Positions 9,962 through 18,380 of a DNA stretch of 64,000 nucleotides are shown one piece after another. The DNA lies in NCBI GenBank assembly GCA_963832165.1, contig CAWHTE010000003.1, positions 288,001 through 352,000 on the forward strand, read 5' to 3'. The DNA comes from an uncultured delta proteobacterium (GTDB lineage Bacteria; Myxococcota_A; UBA9160; SMWR01). Each line of letters begins with the position of its first letter. Positions within the stretch are counted from its first letter, which is position 1. The translations under genes and the position numbers were made by a program. The notes below the pieces were generated by a model that was not told where the DNA came from, made no database searches, and saw nothing but the letters and a program-made list of their open reading frames with translations.

Positions 9962-11002
9962 ATGATCGCTGGGTGTCCGAAATGCGCGGCGCGATACCGC
10001 ATCGACACCGCCAAGCTGCGGCCCGAGGGCGCGCGCCTGCGCTGCTCGCGCTGCGAGACCGTGTTCCGCGTGCAGCCGGACGCGGAAGAGGCGCCGGCGC
10101 CGATCGCGACGCGCGCGCCCGCTGTGGCGCCGCGTCCTGCACCCGCGTCCTCACCGATGCCGCGCACCGCGGCGTCCGCGCGCGCGCCGAGCGCGCCGCC
10201 CGCAGAGCCGACGGGCGATCCGACCCGGCGCGTGCTGATCGCCCATCCCGAGGAGGAGTCCGGCAAGGCGATCGCCGACGCGCTCGCGAGCTGGGGTCTC
10301 TCGCCGCTGCTCGTGTACGACGGCGTGGAGGCCATGCTGCAGATTCAGCGCACGTTGCCGCGCGTCGTGGTGCTCGATGCGGCGCTGCCGAAGATGTTCG
10401 GCTTCCAGGTCTGCGAGATCATGAAGCGCAACGAGCAGCTGCGCGCGATTCCGGTCGTGCTGGTCGGTGCAATCCACGATCAGGACCGCTACCGGCGTCC
10501 ACCCGAGGAGATCTACGGCGCCGACGCCTATCTCGAACGCCATCAGCTGCCCGACGCGCTCGCGGAGCTGCTGGTGCGCTTCGGCATCCAGTCGGCACCG
10601 GCCGCTCCAGCGCCGGTGGCGCCAGCGCCGACCGCTCCAGCACCGGTTCGCGCGCCTCGTCCGGTGCAGGCCATGCCCGAGCGTGCGCCGGCGGCCGTTG
10701 CTCCCGCTCCCGCGGCGCCGCGCGCCGCCGCGCCGCCCGCAGCGGCGCCGGCTCCCGCTGCGAACCCCGAGATCGAGAAGGCGCAGCGCCTCGCGCGCAT
10801 CATCGTCTCGGACGTGATCCTCTACAACCAGGAGAAGTTCGATGCCGCGGTCCGGGCGGGCAACGTGGTGAACGCGCTCTCCGCGGAGCTCGAAGAGGGC
10901 GTTTCGCTGTTCGCCTCGCGCGTCGATGCGCGACTGTGCGATCCGCGCGAATACCTGCAGCGCGAGCTCGTGCGCGTGGCGCGATCACGGGGAATGAAAT
11001 GA
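9962..11002 (+). CDS. MJ0042-type zinc-ribbon + atypical receiver domain protein with Pro/Ala linkers
   Basis: CPKC...CSRC zinc ribbon; VVVLDAALPKMFGFQVC receiver core; C-terminal AQRLARIIVSDVILYN domain. Confidence 0.8.
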   Translation: MIAGCPKCAARYRIDTAKLRPEGARLRCSRCETVFRVQPDAEEAPAPIATRAPAVAPRPAPASSPMPRTAASARAPSAPPAEPTGDPTRRVLIAHPEEESGKAIADALASWGLSPLLVYDGVEAMLQIQRTLPRVVVLDAALPKMFGFQVCEIMKRNEQLRAIPVVLVGAIHDQDRYRRPPEEIYGADAYLERHQLPDALAELLVRFGIQSAPAAPAPVAPAPTAPAPVRAPRPVQAMPERAPAAVAPAPAAPRAAAPPAAAPAPAANPEIEKAQRLARIIVSDVILYNQEKFDAAVRAGNVVNALSAELEEGVSLFASRVDARLCDPREYLQRELVRVARSRGMK

Positions 11003-13107
11003 TGTTGACCTACGACGATCGCGAGCGCGCGAGCGTGCTCCAGGATCTCCGCGATGGCGACCCCGAGGTGCGCCGGCTGGCCGTCGAGCGCATCGACGTG
11101 CTCGGCGAAGACGAGGGGGTCGCGCAGCTGATCGAGCGGCTCGGCGACCCCGACTGGCGCGTGCGCAAGTCCGCGGTGCAGCGGATCGCCACGCGCATCG
11201 ACCCGGATCAGACGGCACAGAAGCTGATCGCGGCGCTCGCGGATGGCGAGAACCCGGGCCGCCGCAATTCGGCGGTCGAGGCGCTCGTGGCGATCGGCGG
11301 GGGTGCGGTGGCGCCGCTGATCGACGCCTGCGACGACACAGACTGCGACGTGCGCAAGTTCGTCGTCGATGCGCTGGCCGGAATCGGCAGCGAGGCGGCG
11401 ATCGATGCGCTGTGTGCGCGGCTCGCCGATCCCGACGTGAACGTGCGTGCGGCCGCGGCCGACGCGCTAGGCGCCGTCGGTGGCACGGCCGCGCGCCGCG
11501 CTCTGCGCGGGACCGCGTGCGACACGCTCCAGGACTCGCTCGTGCGCTTCTCCGCGCTCCACGCGCTCGAGGCGCTCGAGGAGCCGATGCTCGCCGAAGA
11601 GCTCTCGAGCGTGCTCGGAGATCCGATGCTGGGCCCGGCGGGCCTCGCACTGCTCGGCCGCAACGAGAGCGACCCGATGGCGCTCGATACCCTCTTGAAG
11701 GGGCTCTCGAGCGGAGTGCGCGCCGCGCGCGAGTCGTCGATGCGCGGTGTGCTGCGCCTCGCAGCGCGGCTCGACGGAGCCGAGCAGAGCGACCTGTACG
11801 CGCAGCTCGAAGAGCTCGCGCGTTCGGCGCCCAACCTCACGGACTCGGCCGTGGCGCGACTGCCCGACGCCGACCTCGGTACCCAGCTCGTGCTCGTGCA
11901 GTTTCTCGGACTCCTGCGCGCGCGCAGCGCGGTGGTGCCGATCCTCGAGGTCGGGCGCGACGAGGCCCTCGCGCAGGTGGTGCTCGAGACGGTGGCCGCG
12001 ATCGGACCTGTCGCCGCGGAAGAGCTCGACTCGGCGTGGGCACGTCTCTCGCAGGAGCGCCGGCGCGCCGCGTGCGAGGTGCTGGGTCGCGTGGGAGGTC
12101 CGCGTGCGGTCGAGCGCCTGATCGCGACACTCGACGATGCCGACCCGATGCTGCGCGCCGCGGCCGCGCGCTCGCTCGGCGCATTGCGCGTCGAGAAGGC
12201 GCTCGTGCCGCTCGTACGCCGATTGGAGCACGCCGCGTCCGAGGAGGATCCCGAGGGCGAGAGCGAGCGCAGCGCGCTCTGCGACGCGATCGTCGCGCTC
12301 GCGGGGCCCGATGCCGAGGGCCGCGCGCCCGCGCTCGCGGCGCGCGCTGTCGAGCTGCTGACGAACGCGCTCTCCGGGTCGAGCGACGAGACGCGCCTGG
12401 TGGCGGCGCGCGCGCTGGGCCGGATCGCGCGTCGCGACGACGCGGACCTCGTGGCGCTCTTGATGAAGGACCCGAGTGCGCGCGTGCGGCGTGCGGCGGT
12501 CGAGGCGATCGCGCGCCTCGAGCCCGAGCGCACGCCGGAGCCGCTGCACCTCGCGATCGCGGACGAGTCGCCCGCGGTGCGGATCGCCGCGGCCCGTGCG
12601 CTCGGTGCATCGCGCAGCGACGGTGTGTTCGACGATCTGCGGCGGCTGGCGGAGGACGGCGATCTGCGCGTACGCGCGATGGCCGTGCAGATGATCGGGC
12701 GCCGGTTCGCAGGCGACCCCGAGCCCGGGATCCGAGCGGCGGCGCTCGCGGTGCTCTCGCGCGCGTGCGAAGACGTGGCGCCCGTCGCGCTCGCGGTGGT
12801 GGAGGCGGTGAAGGAGATCGGCGGAGAGGCGTCCGGCTACGTCGTGCCGCTGCTCGGGCGTTCGGAGCCCGAGGTGGTGCGCGAGGCCGTGCGCTGCTTC
12901 GGCGATCACGCCGAGCCGGGCGAACTCGAGGCGCTCTTGCCGCTCGTGTCGCACCCGGACTGGTCGGTGCGCGCCGAGGTGGTGGAGATCCTTGCCGAGC
13001 GCGGGGTGCGGCAGGCGGTTCCCGCGATCCTGCGGCGGCTCGAGACGGAGCAGGACGACGTCGTGCGCAGCGTCACGTTGGCCGCGCTGCAGCGGCTGGA
13101 GAGCTAG
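10999..13107 (+). CDS. HEAT/PBS-lyase repeat protein
   Basis: Recurrent D-x-x-x-x-VR-x-x-A-x-x-ALG repeats (DPDWRVRKSAV, DPDVNVRAAAADALG, HPDWSVRAEV). Confidence 0.9.
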   Translation: MMLTYDDRERASVLQDLRDGDPEVRRLAVERIDVLGEDEGVAQLIERLGDPDWRVRKSAVQRIATRIDPDQTAQKLIAALADGENPGRRNSAVEALVAIGGGAVAPLIDACDDTDCDVRKFVVDALAGIGSEAAIDALCARLADPDVNVRAAAADALGAVGGTAARRALRGTACDTLQDSLVRFSALHALEALEEPMLAEELSSVLGDPMLGPAGLALLGRNESDPMALDTLLKGLSSGVRAARESSMRGVLRLAARLDGAEQSDLYAQLEELARSAPNLTDSAVARLPDADLGTQLVLVQFLGLLRARSAVVPILEVGRDEALAQVVLETVAAIGPVAAEELDSAWARLSQERRRAACEVLGRVGGPRAVERLIATLDDADPMLRAAAARSLGALRVEKALVPLVRRLEHAASEEDPEGESERSALCDAIVALAGPDAEGRAPALAARAVELLTNALSGSSDETRLVAARALGRIARRDDADLVALLMKDPSARVRRAAVEAIARLEPERTPEPLHLAIADESPAVRIAAARALGASRSDGVFDDLRRLAEDGDLRVRAMAVQMIGRRFAGDPEPGIRAAALAVLSRACEDVAPVALAVVEAVKEIGGEASGYVVPLLGRSEPEVVREAVRCFGDHAEPGELEALLPLVSHPDWSVRAEVVEILAERGVRQAVPAILRRLETEQDDVVRSVTLAALQRLES

Positions 13108-13115
13108 GGGGCGAC

Positions 13116-14051
13116 GTGCCGGCGGGTGGCGCAACGGGCGAGCTCGGTATGACGGACCGCGAATTCCGCTGGTTCGCGGAGCTCGTGCGCTCGCATTGCG
13201 GGCTCACGTTCACGCCCGAGACGCGCTTCCTGCTCGAGCGGCGCGTCGCGCGTCGCATGCGCGAGCTGTCGATCACGAGCCTGTCGGCCTATCAGTACGA
13301 GCTGCGCCAAGACTCGAAGCGCGACGGCGAGCTCGCGGAGCTGATCGACGAGCTCACCACCAACGAGACGTATTTCTTCCGCGAGCGCAGCCAGCTGCGG
13401 GCGCTCATGGCGGAGATCCTGCCCGAGGCGCTGGTCGCGCGCCGCGAGCGCGGCTCCGGGCCCGTGTCCGTGTGGTCGGCCGGCTGCTCGAGCGGCGAGG
13501 AGCCCTACAGCCTCGTGATCCTGGCCCGCGAGGCGGGCTTCGATCCCCAGCGAGATCTCCGCGTGTACGCCTCGGACATCTCGCGCCGGATGATGAAGCG
13601 CGCGCGCGCGGGCAACTACCGCGAGGCCTCGTTCCGCGAGACCGAGCCGGCGCTGCGCGAGAAGTACTTCGAGGAGAAGGACGGCACGTGGACCGTGAGC
13701 GATGCGGTCAAGAAATGCGTCGACTTCATCCACCTGAACCTGACCGACCGCTCGCGGATCGCGTTGCTCGGCTCGATGGACGTGATCCTGTGCCGCAACG
13801 TGATGATCTACTTCGACGCGGACACCAAGCGCGAGGTGATCGGCACGTTCGAGAACAAGCTGCGCGCAGGCGGACACCTGCTGCTCGGTCACTCGGAGTC
13901 GCTGATCAACGTGACGAGCGGGCTCGAGCTGCGCCACCTCAAGAGCGACCTCGTGTACCGCAAGCCGGTCACGGGCTTCCCGCGCCGCGATCCGTGGCAC
14001 GTCGCGGCGATGCGCGCGATCGGCGACGCGGAGCGTTCCGATGAGCGGTAG
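13116..14051 (+). CDS. cheR: Chemotaxis methyltransferase CheR (start 13116 GTG or 13149 ATG)
   Basis: TTNETYFFRE, WSAGCSSGEEPYS, CRNVMIYFD, LLGHSES. Confidence 0.96.
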   Translation: MPAGGATGELGMTDREFRWFAELVRSHCGLTFTPETRFLLERRVARRMRELSITSLSAYQYELRQDSKRDGELAELIDELTTNETYFFRERSQLRALMAEILPEALVARRERGSGPVSVWSAGCSSGEEPYSLVILAREAGFDPQRDLRVYASDISRRMMKRARAGNYREASFRETEPALREKYFEEKDGTWTVSDAVKKCVDFIHLNLTDRSRIALLGSMDVILCRNVMIYFDADTKREVIGTFENKLRAGGHLLLGHSESLINVTSGLELRHLKSDLVYRKPVTGFPRRDPWHVAAMRAIGDAERSDER

Positions 14052-15135
14052 ATCGCCGATCCGTACTCTAGTGATCGACGACTCGGCGTTCAGCCGCCAG
14101 GCGATCACGCGCATGCTCCAGACTTCGCCGCTAGTCGAGGTCGTGGGCGTGGCGCGCGACGGCGAGGAGGCGCTGCGCAAGACCTTCGAGCTCGAGCCCG
14201 ACCTGATCACCGTCGATCTCGAGATGCCGAAGATGGACGGCTTCACGTTCCTGCGCATCGTGATGAGCAAGCGGCCGACGCCCGTGATCGTGATCAGCGG
14301 CCGCAGCGGCGAGGACGACGTGTTCAAGGCGCTCGAGCTCGGCGCCGTCGACTTCATCGCGAAGCCGACGCCCCACGCGACCCCGATGCTGTCGTCGATC
14401 TCGCAGGAGCTGATCCGGAAGGTGCACTCGATCCGCGCGCTGCGGATCGACAAGGTGCAGGAGCGGATCCGCTCGATGCCCCCGCTGGTCGCGCGCCACG
14501 AGGTCGGCTCCGCGCCGCGCGCCGTGGTGATCGGCTCGTCGACGGGCGGCCCCGCGGCGCTGATGCAGGTGTTCGGCGCGTTCACGAGCGCGCCGCCGTG
14601 CGCGTTCCTGATCGCGCAGCACATGCCCAAGGGCTTCACGCGCGGCTTCGCCGAGCGCCTCGATCGGCTCACCGCGCTGCGCGCGAGCGAGGCGCGCGGG
14701 GGCGAGCAGCCCGCGCCCGGAACGATCCTGCTCGCGCCGGGCGGCCGCCACCTCGAGGTCGAATCGTCGAGCGGGAATCCCGTGACGCGCGTGGTCGCGA
14801 ACGTGGGCGATCGGTACACGCCTTCCGTCGACCGGCTGTTCGAGTCGGCGGCGAAGGCGTACGGCGCCGACCTCGTGGGGATCGTGCTGACGGGGATGGG
14901 CGACGACGGCCGCCGCGGCGCCCAGGCGATCCGCGCCTCGGGCGGGCGCGTGATCGCGGAGTCCGAGAAGACCGCAGTGATCTTCGGCATGCCGCAGCAG
15001 GTGATCCGCTGCGGCGCTGCCGATCTGGTGTTGCCACTCGACGAGATCGCGCGCGCGATCCAGCGCGGTGTCGGGTCGGTGATCGCCGAAGCGACTGAGG
15101 GCGGCGCGTCCGCCCTTGGAAAGGGGCGCGCATGA
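14041..15135 (+). CDS. cheB: Chemotaxis methylesterase CheB (REC + esterase)
   Basis: DLEMP receiver; catalytic GSSTGGP, QHMP, TGMGDDG. Confidence 0.97.
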   Translation: MSGRSPIRTLVIDDSAFSRQAITRMLQTSPLVEVVGVARDGEEALRKTFELEPDLITVDLEMPKMDGFTFLRIVMSKRPTPVIVISGRSGEDDVFKALELGAVDFIAKPTPHATPMLSSISQELIRKVHSIRALRIDKVQERIRSMPPLVARHEVGSAPRAVVIGSSTGGPAALMQVFGAFTSAPPCAFLIAQHMPKGFTRGFAERLDRLTALRASEARGGEQPAPGTILLAPGGRHLEVESSSGNPVTRVVANVGDRYTPSVDRLFESAAKAYGADLVGIVLTGMGDDGRRGAQAIRASGGRVIAESEKTAVIFGMPQQVIRCGAADLVLPLDEIARAIQRGVGSVIAEATEGGASALGKGRA

Positions 15136-15950
15136 GCGAACAGGATCCGAAAATCAGCTCGCGCGCGGAGGATTTCCTCGCCCTGTTCAGCAAGGGCGCG
15201 GAGTTCACGCGCGAGCTCCTCAAGGAGAACGAGCGGCTGCGTGGTCGGCTCGCGTCGATCACCGACCGCCAGGAGTCGGCTGCACGCCACCCGCACGACT
15301 GGGACAAGCTGCGCCACGAGCTGGTGTCGCGGATCGCGACCCTCGAGGAGGAGTGCACGACGGTTCGGGAGCGGCTCGACCAGGTCGAGCTCGAGAATTC
15401 CCAGTTCGCACAGCGCTACGTCGAAGTCGAGGAAGAGAACAACAACCTCGCCAATCTCTACGTCTCCAGCTACCAGCTCCACTCCACGCTCGATCTCGAC
15501 GAGGTGATTCGGATCATCACCGAAATCGTGATCAACCTGATCGGCGCAGACGTGTTCGCGATCTACATGATCGACGGCGAGCGCTCCGAGCTCACACCCG
15601 TCGCGTCCGAGGGCATGGAGGTCTCGGCGTTCCCGAAGGCGAAGCTCGGCGTGGGCGTGCTCGGAAAGGCCGTCGCGTCGAACTCGGCCACCTGCTGGGA
15701 CGCGCAGCGCTCCGACGATCTCTCCCAGCCGATCGTATGCGTGCCGCTCGTGGTGCAGAACCGGCCGATCGGCGCGATCGCGGTGTACGGGCTGCTCGCA
15801 CAGAAGGACGGCTTCACCGCGCTCGACCACGAGCTGTTCAACATGCTGGGCGGCCACGCCGCCACCGCGATCTTCGCCGCGAAGCTCTATTCGCAGTCGG
15901 AGCGCAAGCTCAACACGATCCAGGGTTTCATCGATCTCTTGACCAAGTAG
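15132..15950 (+). CDS. Coiled-coil + GAF domain protein
   Basis: Heptad-rich N-terminus; EENNNLANLYVSSYQLHSTLD followed by GAF (CVPLVVQNRPIGAI). Confidence 0.8.
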   Translation: MSEQDPKISSRAEDFLALFSKGAEFTRELLKENERLRGRLASITDRQESAARHPHDWDKLRHELVSRIATLEEECTTVRERLDQVELENSQFAQRYVEVEEENNNLANLYVSSYQLHSTLDLDEVIRIITEIVINLIGADVFAIYMIDGERSELTPVASEGMEVSAFPKAKLGVGVLGKAVASNSATCWDAQRSDDLSQPIVCVPLVVQNRPIGAIAVYGLLAQKDGFTALDHELFNMLGGHAATAIFAAKLYSQSERKLNTIQGFIDLLTK

Positions 15951-15985
15951 GCGCGCGCGCTGCGCCGCCGCACGGGGCAATCACC

Positions 15986-16360
15986 ATGGGCCATCGAATC
16001 CTCATCGTCGAAGACAGCCCGACCATGCGTCAGCTGCTGTCCTTCGCGCTCCGCCGACTCCGCGACGTCGAGATCGTGGAAGCGCAGGACGGCATGGACG
16101 GCTTGCGCAAGGTGTCGAGCGATCACTTCGATCTCGCGCTGATCGACATCAACATGCCCGTGATGGACGGGCTCAAGCTGATCAGCTTGATCCGCGGCGA
16201 CGAGGCGCTCAAGGAGATCCCGATCGTCGTGATCACGACCGAGGGCGCCAACGAGGACCGCGACCGCGCGCTCAAGCTCGGCGCGAACGAATATCTCTGC
16301 AAACCGATCCAGGCGAACCAGGTGCTGTCGGTGGTGAAGGGCCTGCTCAAGGCGGACTGA
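15986..16360 (+). CDS. cheY: Single-domain response regulator CheY (2)
   Basis: VEDSPTMR, DINMPVMDG, TTEG, KPI. Confidence 0.9.
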   Translation: MGHRILIVEDSPTMRQLLSFALRRLRDVEIVEAQDGMDGLRKVSSDHFDLALIDINMPVMDGLKLISLIRGDEALKEIPIVVITTEGANEDRDRALKLGANEYLCKPIQANQVLSVVKGLLKAD

Positions 16361-16378
16361 CCCGATAAGCTCCGGCGC

Positions 16379-16909
16379 GTGCGGAAGCTCTCGCGCGTCG
16401 CGGCGATCGCCGCGCTGATCCCTTTCGCGGGCATTGCCGCGGGCTGTGGTTACACGCTCGTGGGCGCGCCGGGCGGGCGTGCACTCGGCCGCGTCGCGGT
16501 GCAGACCCCCGCGAACGGCTCGGGCCAGGCCGGGCTCGAGTTCGTGGTGGCCGATGCGCTGCGGCGCGAGGTGATGGTGCGCGCGGGCGCCGAGCTCGTC
16601 GAGGACGAGGGCAGCGCGGACTGGGTCGTGAGCGGCAAGGTGATGCCGCTCCAGGTCGAGCCGGCCAGCCTCTCGCCCGTGGTGCTCACGCTCGAGTATC
16701 AGCTCTTCCTCGCGGTCGATCTGCACGCGCGCGCGCGCGACGGGCGCGAGGTGAAGCTCGACTCCCGCGAGCTGCGCGACTCCGAGCGCTTCCTGTCCAG
16801 CGGCGACCCGGAGGCGCTGCGCAAGAACCGCGGCGAAGCGCTGCGCCGCGTCTCGCGGCTGCTCGCGGCGCGCTTTCTCGACCATCTCGACGAGGAGCAG
16901 GGCGGATGA
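16379..16909 (+). CDS. lptE: LPS assembly lipoprotein LptE
   Basis: Lipobox AAGC followed by GY; typical size; directly upstream of holA. Confidence 0.75.
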   Translation: MRKLSRVAAIAALIPFAGIAAGCGYTLVGAPGGRALGRVAVQTPANGSGQAGLEFVVADALRREVMVRAGAELVEDEGSADWVVSGKVMPLQVEPASLSPVVLTLEYQLFLAVDLHARARDGREVKLDSRELRDSERFLSSGDPEALRKNRGEALRRVSRLLAARFLDHLDEEQGG

Positions 16910-17875
16910 GCCTCGCCGGGCTCGAGCGCGAGCTCGCGGAAGGAGCGCCGCGGCGCGCCTATCTGCTCGCAGGTGCGGAAACGCTGCTGCGCGACGATGC
17001 GCTCGCGTTGCTGCGCCGCGCGGTGATCGGCGACGGCGACCCCGCGTTCCTGCTCGATCGCTTCGACGGCAGCGCGACGCCGGGGGAGCTCGCCGATGCG
17101 CTCCACACGCTGCCCGTGATCGCGAAGCGCCGGATGGTCGTGCTCGCCGATCCGGAGCAGCGGCGCGGCTCCGCGCGCGAGCTGCTCGAGGCGGTGGCCG
17201 ACTGGGTCGGCGCCGGAGGCGAGGCCGATACCTCGGTGCTCGTGGTGACGGCGAGCCACCCGGATCGGCGCGCGCGTTGGGTGAAGGCGTTCGGCGACGC
17301 GATCGTGGCATGCGATCCGCCCCAGGCCCGCGCGCGAGATCGCGGAGTTCGTGCGCGCGGAGGCCGCGCGCCAACAAGTGGCGCTCGAGCGCGGCGTGGC
17401 CGAGGCGCTCGCCGAGCGGATCGGGCCGCAGCTGCAGCTCCTGCGCATGGAGATCGCGAAGCTCGCGCTGCTCGCGGGCCCGGGTGAGGCGGTGACCCGC
17501 ACGCACGTGGGCGTCGGCACTGCGCTCACGGCCGAGGAGCCGATCTGGGACCTCACGGATGCGATCGGCGAAGGGCGCAGTGCCGACGCGCTGCGCGTGC
17601 TCGCGCACCTGCTCGCAGCGGGCGAGGCACCTCCGGTGCTGCTCGGGGCGCTCGTCTCGCACTTCCGTCGACTGCTGCGCGTGGCGTCGGGCGCAGAAGT
17701 GGCGGCGCCGCCGTTCGTGCGCAAGAAGCTCGCGTCGCAGGCGAAGCGCTACGGCGCGCTGCGGCTGCGCGCCGCGCTCGGCGCACTGCACGAAACCGAT
17801 CTCGCGCTGAAGGGGGCAGGGGCGCTGCGGCCCGAGCTCGCGCTCGAGCGCGTGGTGATCGCGCTGGCCGCGTAG
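16906..17875 (+). CDS. holA: DNA polymerase III delta subunit; apparent +1 frameshift near 17325
   Basis: YLLAGAETLL, LHTLPVIAKRRMV in the first frame; EIAKLAL, IWDLTDAI, ETDLALKG in the next frame. Confidence 0.85.
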
Positions 17876-17892
17876 CATCCGCGTCCCATTCT

Positions 17893-17926
17893 GGCGGATT
17901 GCGCCCTTTGGGCGGATCCGCCCTAC
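17893..17926 (-). repeat. GTAG-type REP-like hairpin between convergent holA and rpsT (possible terminator)
   Basis: Minus strand reads GTAG-GGCGGAT-ccgcccaaagggcgca-ATCCGCC. Confidence 0.65.
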
Positions 17927-18192
17927 GGGCTACACTTGGCGCTGAGTCGGCGTGCGAGCCGCGATACGCGGCGGCTCGCCTGCTTCTTCGTGAGGACGCC
18001 CTTGCTGGCGGCCTTGCGGATCTCGCCCTCGGCGCTGCGCAGCGCGTCGCGCGCCACATCGCCGTCGGTGCCCGCGAGCGCCGCGCGTGCGTACTTCACC
18101 GCGGTCTTGAGCCGGCTCCGGACCGTGCGGTTGCGCGTGCGCCTCACGATGTTCTGGCGGGCGCGCTTCTTCGCGGACTTGTGCTGGGCCAA
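17923..18192 (-). CDS. rpsT: 30S ribosomal protein S20
   Basis: AQHKSAKKRARQN...RNR...KAASKGV...ASRRVSRL; TTG start. Confidence 0.96.
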   Translation of the reverse strand: MAQHKSAKKRARQNIVRRTRNRTVRSRLKTAVKYARAALAGTDGDVARDALRSAEGEIRKAASKGVLTKKQASRRVSRLARRLSAKCSP

Positions 18193-18306
18193 ATCGATCT
18201 ACCCCTGGTCTCGAGCGGGCGGCCGATCGTAGTGGCTCCCCCGGAGGCTGTCGAGCGCAGGTTTGTGCAGCGGGCCGACGGGGAGCGAAGGCTATCAGGC
18301 CTGGGT

Positions 18307-18333
18307 TCAGCGCCGGGGTCGGACGGTCGATAA
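18307..18333 (+). promoter_or_regulatory. sigma28/FliA-like promoter
   Basis: TCAG-N15-GTCGATAA, about 50 bp upstream of ATG 18381. Confidence 0.45.
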
Positions 18334-18380
18334 GCGTGGTCGTTCGCTGCATTCCAAGGGAGGCTTGCGGGTTGAGGCAG

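Noticed and set aside
10600..10760. GCTCCAGC/GCGCCG short repeats
   Set aside because: Explained by a Pro/Ala linker in the coding sequence.
9973..10998. N-terminal extensions in the ORF track (1044 aa HEAT, 879 aa CheR, 1045 aa DUF4388, 1218 aa ABC)
   Set aside because: They overlap upstream genes in another frame; better starts exist at stop/start overlaps.
16342..16368. CCCGATAA upstream of lptE as a fourth sigma28 promoter
   Set aside because: The nearest TCAA is only 10 nt upstream, and the site is too close to the start codon.
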